A program made the translations under genes and the position numbers. Below, piece by piece: positions 6,595 to 12,690 of a DNA stretch of 12,690 nucleotides. Below the pieces are notes generated by a model that ran no database searches, was not told the DNA's origin, and was given only the letters and a program-made list of their open reading frames with translations. The stretch comes from an uncultured archaeon (GTDB taxonomy: Archaea; Asgardarchaeota; Thorarchaeia; Thorarchaeales; Thorarchaeaceae), in contig CAYWJO010000067.1 in assembly GCA_964458565.1 (NCBI GenBank), forward strand, positions 1-12,690. The letters are read 5' to 3'. How positions within the stretch are numbered: position 1 is the stretch's first letter; each line of letters begins with the position of its first letter.

Positions 6595-7260
6595 CTATTT
6601 CATTGATTTGACCCATTCGAAGACGGGTTGGCACAATTCCTTGATGCGTTCCTTCTCCTCGTTCATGGGTCCTGGTTTCCAGCCATCAGCTGGCTCGAAC
6701 CACCAGTCGGTGACAGTACCCTGACGTTCCTTCTTGGGTTTCCAGACTACCTTCACAGGCATGCCAAACTCAGCGTCCCATGGATCCAATCCTCTTAGTT
6801 CGTTTGCAATTGCAGTCTTGCAACCATCAACGATGACATATGCAAGGACGAAAGGCAGACGCTTCAGGGAAGATTTTCCAGACCAACCAGCAACTGTGAA
6901 TGTATGAACAACTCCCTCTTGCTTAAGTTCAATCCAATCGGTCTTAGCCAAATCATCGTCAAGAGCCCAGCAATTCACCCTTGGCGGGAAGAACTTGTCG
7001 CCGCACTTTGGGCACTTGGTACCCCAGAACTCACCATCTACGAATCCCTTACCGAGCTTCGAAACCTCAGCTAACTTCCAGTAGTACAACTGGTCGTAGT
7101 GCAAGTATACCTTAAACTGATCAGTTGCCGAATCATAGTCATAACCCATGAAACCTATCCCGGTCTCCTTGACATCGCCTCGAAACTCATCGGAGTGCTT
7201 GTCGTCCCACTCAACAGCATCGTGAGCGGGGATCTTGTGCAATCTCTTATCCTCTACCAT
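6595..7260 (-). CDS. DUF35 family Zn-ribbon + OB-fold protein (thiolase partner)
   Basis: GTKCPKCGDKFFPPRVNC, EGVVHTFTV, PFVLAYVIVDG and GMPVKVVW motifs. It begins 2 nt after the thiolase stop. Confidence 0.92.
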   Translation of the reverse strand: MVEDKRLHKIPAHDAVEWDDKHSDEFRGDVKETGIGFMGYDYDSATDQFKVYLHYDQLYYWKLAEVSKLGKGFVDGEFWGTKCPKCGDKFFPPRVNCWALDDDLAKTDWIELKQEGVVHTFTVAGWSGKSSLKRLPFVLAYVIVDGCKTAIANELRGLDPWDAEFGMPVKVVWKPKKERQGTVTDWWFEPADGWKPGPMNEEKERIKELCQPVFEWVKSMK

Positions 7261-7262
7261 TT

Positions 7263-8540
7263 CTATGGCCTCCTCAGAATGAAGTTCGAGATACTGGTTC
7301 CAGTACCCGCGTGACTATTGACAAGACCAGTGTTCGCGTCTTTGACATAGGTCTTGGAGCTCAGGTGCTTCTTGGGTGCGGTGTCATTGAGATGATACAT
7401 GCACTCGAGGGTACTCATAATTCCGGTCGCACCGACTGGGTGACCGTAACCCATCAGACCGCCACCAATATTGGTTGGCACCTCACCGTCGATGAAGGTC
7501 TGCTTCTCGCGTACAAACTCCTTGATGTTGTCCTTGTTGCACCAGTGGAGAGCCTTGTATATTTGGGTTTCAGAGCTGCTGAAAGCGTCGTGGATCTCTG
7601 CCACGTCAACTTTCTTGGCAGCATTCTTGTATTCGATACCTGCCATGTCGTAAGCAACCTCACCAGAGTGGCGGCAAGCTGCGAACTCGGTCATGTCGGG
7701 GTAACCCTTGCCGTACTTCTCGTTCCAACCAGGGAAGTCAATACGGTCGCCAGCACGGATAGTACAACTGCTTAGACCTGCACCTGCAATCTCAACATAG
7801 TTACCAGCAGCATGCTTCTTTGCCCACTCCTCGCTTGTGACGAGAGCAAAGGCGCCACCACGGCTCATCAGACAACAGTCCAGCTTCTTTAACGGATAGC
7901 TAATCAGGCGACTCTCCATGACATCATCGATTGTGAGCGTCTTCTTATAGTAGGGTGATTTTGGATTAGTGTAATCACTCCTGTAGAACTGCGCCTTTGG
8001 GTTATCTGCAGCATAGTTCCTATTCTTCATGGCGGCCATAGCAAAGTCTTCTTCGGTCAGGTTATTCTCTTTCATGAACTTGTAGGCCATGGCAGCGTAG
8101 TAAATTGGGTATATACCCCCAGCTAACGCTTCATACCTAGTGTCTGATGCAAGAGCAATGAACTCTGAACCCTGTGATTGCGTCACATTATCCATGGTTT
8201 CCCAGCCATAGACTCCGACCACATCAAAGAGACCGGACTTTATGGCCATGAAAGCACCATAGAGTGCAGAACCACCGGTATTACCACCATTCTCAATTCG
8301 CACGTGGGGTACTCCGACTAACCCGAGGTGATCATGAACAACCCACTCAGGACATAGCTGTTTTCCAAAGTGTACACTGAAATGCGAATAGACCATAAAT
8401 TGAAGGTCTCGAAGACTAAAATCAGGGATGTCTTGTTGCGTTTCAACGATACAGTTTGCAGCCATGCCTTCAGGTGTTAGATACATGGGATAGTCGAAAG
8501 GAGTTGCACTGCCACCTGCGATGCATACTTTTCGACTCAT
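7263..8540 (-). CDS. SCP2-type thiolase-like protein lacking the nucleophilic Cys
   Basis: KNRNYAADNPKAQF, LDCC, AEIHDAFS and NIGGGLMGYGHPVGATG motifs. The E-x-x-C-A-S-G site reads ENGGNTG. Confidence 0.92.
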   Translation of the reverse strand: MSRKVCIAGGSATPFDYPMYLTPEGMAANCIVETQQDIPDFSLRDLQFMVYSHFSVHFGKQLCPEWVVHDHLGLVGVPHVRIENGGNTGGSALYGAFMAIKSGLFDVVGVYGWETMDNVTQSQGSEFIALASDTRYEALAGGIYPIYYAAMAYKFMKENNLTEEDFAMAAMKNRNYAADNPKAQFYRSDYTNPKSPYYKKTLTIDDVMESRLISYPLKKLDCCLMSRGGAFALVTSEEWAKKHAAGNYVEIAGAGLSSCTIRAGDRIDFPGWNEKYGKGYPDMTEFAACRHSGEVAYDMAGIEYKNAAKKVDVAEIHDAFSSSETQIYKALHWCNKDNIKEFVREKQTFIDGEVPTNIGGGLMGYGHPVGATGIMSTLECMYHLNDTAPKKHLSSKTYVKDANTGLVNSHAGTGTSISNFILRRP

Positions 8541-8610
8541 AATATATCACTGAATCCAATTTTCGCTGTCCGAGGGACAGACGATTCTACGCCAACACCA
8601 AACTACGAGC

Positions 8611-8625
8611 TTTTAACAGCTTCGG
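8611..8625 (-). promoter_or_regulatory. Putative BRE-TATA promoter of the thiolase operon
   Basis: The minus strand reads CCGAAGCTG-TTAAAA about 70 nt upstream of ATG 8540. An SD-like GTGAT precedes the ATG. Confidence 0.4.
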
Positions 8626-8778
8626 CTAATAGAGTGTACTTTCAGACTGATGAAACTAGGTACATTTAATTTAATATTTTATGAAGTACAGGTAGTATCA
8701 AGAATTTTCGTACTTGACTGCTTCGATTCTCAGAATGTATAAGCAAAGACATTATAGAATAGAATACTCGTCTAAACT

Positions 8779-9294
8779 CTACTGATACCATTTTTCATCA
8801 AGGAGCCTACGAAGCTCTTGAGTTTCAAGGTAATTATCCATCACGAACATAGTCAGAGTCCGTTCAACTGCAGGCAGCTCTCTAAGATAATCCACGATGA
8901 ATCGATTCATCTCTTCTACATCCTTTGTACGCACTTTTAGAAAAACATCATATTCACCACTTAAGACAAAAACCTCCTGAACAAAAGGATGCTGTGCAAT
9001 GTCCTGACAAAACTCCTTCTGTGATAGTAAATCAGATTGACCAGGAACTCGGTATCTTATAGTGACAAAGATCAAAGCAAGGGTAGGTCGATTTAGTAAG
9101 ACTGGATCAAGTATTGCAGTATATTGTTTAATGACTTTGCTCTGTTCCAGCGCTTTAACTCTAGCATGCACCGTAGAGATACCCTTTCCTACATTTTTAG
9201 AGATTTTCTGAACACCAATCCTGCAATTCTCTTGAAGGAGCTCGAGTATCTTGATATTGGTGTCATCAAGTATGGCAAACCCGCGTTTAGACAT
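8779..9294 (-). CDS. Lrp/AsnC family transcriptional regulator
   Basis: HTH region LDDTNIKILELLQENCR...ISKNVG..ISTVHARVKALE..KVIKQYTAILDP and RAM domain VQEVFVLSGEYDVFLKV...VERTLT. Confidence 0.95.
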   Translation of the reverse strand: MSKRGFAILDDTNIKILELLQENCRIGVQKISKNVGKGISTVHARVKALEQSKVIKQYTAILDPVLLNRPTLALIFVTIRYRVPGQSDLLSQKEFCQDIAQHPFVQEVFVLSGEYDVFLKVRTKDVEEMNRFIVDYLRELPAVERTLTMFVMDNYLETQELRRLLDEKWYQ

Positions 9295-9305
9295 AATACC
9301 ACATT

Positions 9306-9320
9306 CCGAAAAGATTTCGG
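9306..9320. promoter_or_regulatory. 15-bp palindromic operator (Lrp-type box) between the divergent Lrp and GH3 genes
   Basis: CCGAAA-AGA-TTTCGG has perfect 6-bp arms and lies 11 nt upstream of the Lrp start. Its first 13 nt recur at 11571-11583. Confidence 0.7.
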
Positions 9321-9496
9321 TGTAATCAACATTTATACGAAATTCTTGATAAACATTACTTGATGCTGGAATTATATTTCAGGCAATATAAAATGCGTTT
9401 TTTTTAACAAAGTTACCGAAAAAGAAGCCACAATGATGCCACGAGCCTAATATACAGAATCAAATGAATTCGTAAACCAAAATGAGGAGAATATAG

Positions 9497-11530
9497 ATGA
9501 GCACCACCTCTGCAAAAAGAAAAGACGCCGATATTAATTTGAAAGTTGAACAACTTGTCAAACAACTCACACTCGAGGAAAAATTCCTCCTTCTATCAAA
9601 TTACAACAAACAAAGTGCATTCTCATCCACTTCAATTGAACGATTAGGAATTCCGTCACTAGAAATGACTGACGGTCCTTTAGGGCTATCATGGCACTCC
9701 TCGAGTAGAAGGAGCACTCGTTTTCCAGCTACAATTTGCCTGTCTGCAACATGGGATAGAAACCTCTCTCAACTCATGGGCGAAGCAATTGGTCGTGAAG
9801 CAAGAGAAGCCGGAAAACAATTATTGCTAGCTCCAGGGGTGAACATTCAAAGAACCCCATTGAACGGACGTACCTTTGAATATATGAGCGAAGATCCCTA
9901 TCTTACAAAAGAGATAGCAATTCCTTATGTGAAAGGCGTGCAGAACCAGAGTGTCGGAGCTTGCTTGAAGCATTTTGCAGCGAATAACCAAGAAACAAAT
10001 CGTAGGATATCAAGCTCGGAGATTGATGAACGCACACTTCATGAGATTTATCTCAGACCTTTCAAGGAGGTTGTACAAGAGGCAAAGCCTTGGTCTATTA
10101 TGGGCAGCTATAACAAGATCAATGGCAAATATATCTATGAGAATACTCACCTTCTGCGAAGAATTCTGATGGAGGAGTGGGGATTTGACGGGTTCGTGGT
10201 GACCGATTGGGACGCGACAAAGTACATACACGATGCAGCAATCTGTATTAGATCTGGGCTATCATTAGAGATGCCTGGACCGCACTGTTACAAACTTGAA
10301 TTACTGAGAGCATCTTTTAAAAAAGGTGAGTTCACTGAATCGATGCTTGATGATATCATTAGGCGATTTCTTAGGATTTTCTTCTTGACAGGAATTCTGG
10401 ATCCAGAAATGAGTTCCCATGATAAGAGAGTAGACTCCACTCAAAATCCTAGTCTCGCACGAAAGATTGCAGAAGAGGGAATGGTGCTTCTGAAGAATGA
10501 CAGAGGACTTTTACCACTCAACCTTCAAAAAATACGAAGAATAGCTTTACTGGGTCCAAACCTTGATGTCAAATATGGACGCCCCCAATATGGAGGCTCT
10601 TCAGCTGTTGTGCCGCCTTATGAAATAACGCCCCTGCAGGGAATTAGGGAAAGATGTGAGAAAAAAATCAAGCTTGTTGATGACACTTCAAAGGCGGATT
10701 TAGCGATAATAGTAGCTGGACTCAATCATGATAAAGGAATGGACTCGGAATCAGAAGACAGAAAGTCATTTGATTTACCACAGGACCAAGTAGAATTAAT
10801 CAAAAAGACTGCACAAGATAATACTGACACAATTGTGATTTTGATATCAGGGAGTCCAATTGGTATGGAGAAATGGTTGAGAAACGTCCCAACTATCCTT
10901 GAAGCATGGTACCCCGGAATGGAAGGAGGAAGGTCTATTGCCAATGTATTATTCGGAAACGTGAATCCTTCAGGGAAACTCCCAATAACCTTCCCACGCA
11001 GACTTGAGGATTCTCCAGCACATTCTGGAAAAGACAATAGGACATATCCAGGAGATGAGAATCACAAAGTATACTATAAAGAAGGTATTAATGTTGGCTA
11101 TCGATTTTTTGACGCTATGAAGATTGAACCTAACTTTCCATTTGGTTTTGGCATGTCGTACACAAGCTTCGAATATCAGAAACTCCGAGTAAACAGGAAG
11201 AAGATTAAGAGTATGAAAGACTATCTAGTCGTATCAATTGATGTAACAAATCGTGGACCATTAGATGGTTCAGAAGTCATTCAGGTATACGCGCGCCATA
11301 ATCAAAACGAGGCTCAAAGACCCCTGAGAGAACTAGTTGGTTTTGAGAAGATAATGCTAAGATCAAGACAGACAAGCTCTCTCTCAATCGCAGTTCAAGC
11401 AAAGGATTTAGCATATTACGATAGTGAGAAGCATAGATGGCGGTTAGCTGCAGGAGACGTTGAACTTCAAGTTGGTTCTTCTTCTAAATCCGATTTTCTT
11501 TCAGAAACCATAGTCTGTTACGAAGATTGA
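9497..11530 (+). CDS. Cytoplasmic GH3 beta-glucosidase (GH3 N + C domains + Fn3-like domain)
   Basis: TDGPLG, LLAPGVNIQRTPLNGRTFEYMSEDP, KHFAANNQE, nucleophile VVTDW, ESEDR, AWYPGMEGG, NPSGKLPITFP and FPFGFGMSYT. RBS GAGGAG at 9484-9489. No signal peptide. Confidence 0.96.
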   Translation: MSTTSAKRKDADINLKVEQLVKQLTLEEKFLLLSNYNKQSAFSSTSIERLGIPSLEMTDGPLGLSWHSSSRRSTRFPATICLSATWDRNLSQLMGEAIGREAREAGKQLLLAPGVNIQRTPLNGRTFEYMSEDPYLTKEIAIPYVKGVQNQSVGACLKHFAANNQETNRRISSSEIDERTLHEIYLRPFKEVVQEAKPWSIMGSYNKINGKYIYENTHLLRRILMEEWGFDGFVVTDWDATKYIHDAAICIRSGLSLEMPGPHCYKLELLRASFKKGEFTESMLDDIIRRFLRIFFLTGILDPEMSSHDKRVDSTQNPSLARKIAEEGMVLLKNDRGLLPLNLQKIRRIALLGPNLDVKYGRPQYGGSSAVVPPYEITPLQGIRERCEKKIKLVDDTSKADLAIIVAGLNHDKGMDSESEDRKSFDLPQDQVELIKKTAQDNTDTIVILISGSPIGMEKWLRNVPTILEAWYPGMEGGRSIANVLFGNVNPSGKLPITFPRRLEDSPAHSGKDNRTYPGDENHKVYYKEGINVGYRFFDAMKIEPNFPFGFGMSYTSFEYQKLRVNRKKIKSMKDYLVVSIDVTNRGPLDGSEVIQVYARHNQNEAQRPLRELVGFEKIMLRSRQTSSLSIAVQAKDLAYYDSEKHRWRLAAGDVELQVGSSSKSDFLSETIVCYED

Positions 11531-11570
11531 GATTGAAAATCGTAATCAATTGTATCAAAATTACAAAATA

Positions 11571-11608
11571 CCGAAAAGATTTCACATCGAATCCGACAAG
11601 AGTTAATA
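11571..11608 (+). promoter_or_regulatory. Second operator copy followed by a putative BRE-TATA promoter of the GH94 gene
   Basis: CCGAAAAGATTTCAC (11571-11585), then CCGACAAGAG-TTAATA (11593-11608). GGTGG RBS at 11634-11638. Confidence 0.6.
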
Positions 11609-11643
11609 CTTCTATGCTTTAATCAATCCTTTCGGTGGTTGAT

Positions 11644-12690
11644 TTGGAGTATGGATATTTCTCGAAAGACTACAGGGAATACATCATAACTAAACCTGAT
11701 ACTCCCACACCATGGATCAACTACCTTGGCAGTAGCGAATACTGCGCGATGATCTCGAACACAGCTGGAGGATACAGCTTTCATAAAGATCCGAGAAATA
11801 GAAGAATTACACGTTATAGATACAACAATATACCAACAGATAGACCTGGGAGATATATCTACATAAGAGATAGTAAGACAGGCAAGTATTGGTCTCCTAC
11901 GTGGCAGCCAACTTTAACTAAACTTGATAGTTACGAGTGTAGACATGGCCTAGGGTATACAAGAATTGCTTCCTCCTATCACAGCGTCGAGTCAAATGTA
12001 ACCTACTTTGTACCAGTCGATCATAACTTGGAGATCTATATTATTACCCTCAAGAATACATCATCTGAAGAAGTGCATCTTAAGATATTCTCATACTGCG
12101 AATTCTGTCTGTGGGATGCAACTAGGGATCAAAATGACTTGCAGTCAATCCAGTTTGTCGGAATCTCGCGCTACAACGAGGGTGCCATTCTTTACCATCT
12201 CTTTGATGAGAATACAGGTTACGCATTTTTCGCTTCGAGTGAGAAGATTGAGAGCTATGATTGTGATAGAGAGTCCTTCATTGGTAAATACCGAGATGAG
12301 TCTAACCCAGAAGCTGTGGAAAGAGGAGAATGTTTTAGATCAGAAGCTATCGGTGGAAATCCAATTGCTGCTACTTGCAGTTCCGTTTCATTGAAACCAA
12401 AGGAGTCAAAGACAATAATCTATGTGCAGGGAGTAGCGAAGGACAAGTTAGAGGTAAAGGATCTAGTTCTGAAATTCATCGATACGGGAAATGTAGACAA
12501 AGAGTTCCAGAAACTGAGAGAGCATTGGAGTTCCTACCTCAACAAAATGAATGTTAAAACTCAGGACTCTGATTTTGATACAATGGTGAATGTCTGGAAT
12601 CAGTACCAATGTCGAGTGACATTCGATTGGTCGAGATATGTTTCATTCTATGAAACAGGAATCGGAAGGGGGATGGGTTTCCGAGACTGC
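11644..12690 (+). CDS. GH94 glycoside phosphorylase (cellobiose phosphorylase-like), 3' end beyond the window; absent from the ORF track
   Basis: Manual translation from TTG 11644: MEYGYFSKDYREYIITKPDTPTPWINYLG...ISNTAGGYSF...RRITRYRYNNIPTDRPGRYIYIRD...YWSPTWQP...YECRHGLGYT... ending MVNVWNQYQCRVTFDWSRYVSFYETGIGRGMGFRDC, in frame with the window end. Confidence 0.95.
   Translation, partial: MEYGYFSKDYREYIITKPDTPTPWINYLGSSEYCAMISNTAGGYSFHKDPRNRRITRYRYNNIPTDRPGRYIYIRDSKTGKYWSPTWQPTLTKLDSYECRHGLGYTRIASSYHSVESNVTYFVPVDHNLEIYIITLKNTSSEEVHLKIFSYCEFCLWDATRDQNDLQSIQFVGISRYNEGAILYHLFDENTGYAFFASSEKIESYDCDRESFIGKYRDESNPEAVERGECFRSEAIGGNPIAATCSSVSLKPKESKTIIYVQGVAKDKLEVKDLVLKFIDTGNVDKEFQKLREHWSSYLNKMNVKTQDSDFDTMVNVWNQYQCRVTFDWSRYVSFYETGIGRGMGFRDC

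Noticed and set aside
7311-7775. 154-aa antisense ORF and other short ORFs inside the thiolase gene
   Set aside because: Expected by-product of the thiolase gene's biased codon usage.
12008-12557. ORF-track entries 12008..12394 and 12375..12557
   Set aside because: Out-of-frame overlaps of the GH94 gene starting at 11644.

Overview
Archaeal window, most likely Asgard (Thorarchaeota-like). This is inferred from protein styles: Thr-rich linker + C-terminal TM surface proteins, a NosD-type beta-helix, a TPR protein, an Lrp regulator, BRE/TATA promoters and GGTGG/GGAGG ribosome-binding sites. The right half looks like stable metabolic DNA: a thiolase-like + DUF35 (Zn-ribbon/OB-fold) operon, an Lrp/AsnC regulator, a GH3 beta-glucosidase and a GH94 phosphorylase. 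The GH94 gene starts at TTG 11644, runs off the window and is missing from the ORF track. The left half (1-6590) is a patchwork of accessory genes and fragments separated by hairpins. The main observation is that the 3' end of the DUF35 gene, with a related terminator hairpin, occurs three times: intact at 6595, as a 12-nt S-M-K-stop remnant plus 3' UTR at 5569-5580, and as a 25-codon, mostly synonymously diverged remnant at 1686-1761. This suggests serial gene capture at the 3' end of a core gene, leaving a layered insertion record with no integrase in view. Other points: the thiolase lacks its nucleophilic Cys, and a 15-bp Lrp-type palindrome is shared by the Lrp/GH3 and GH94 upstream regions.
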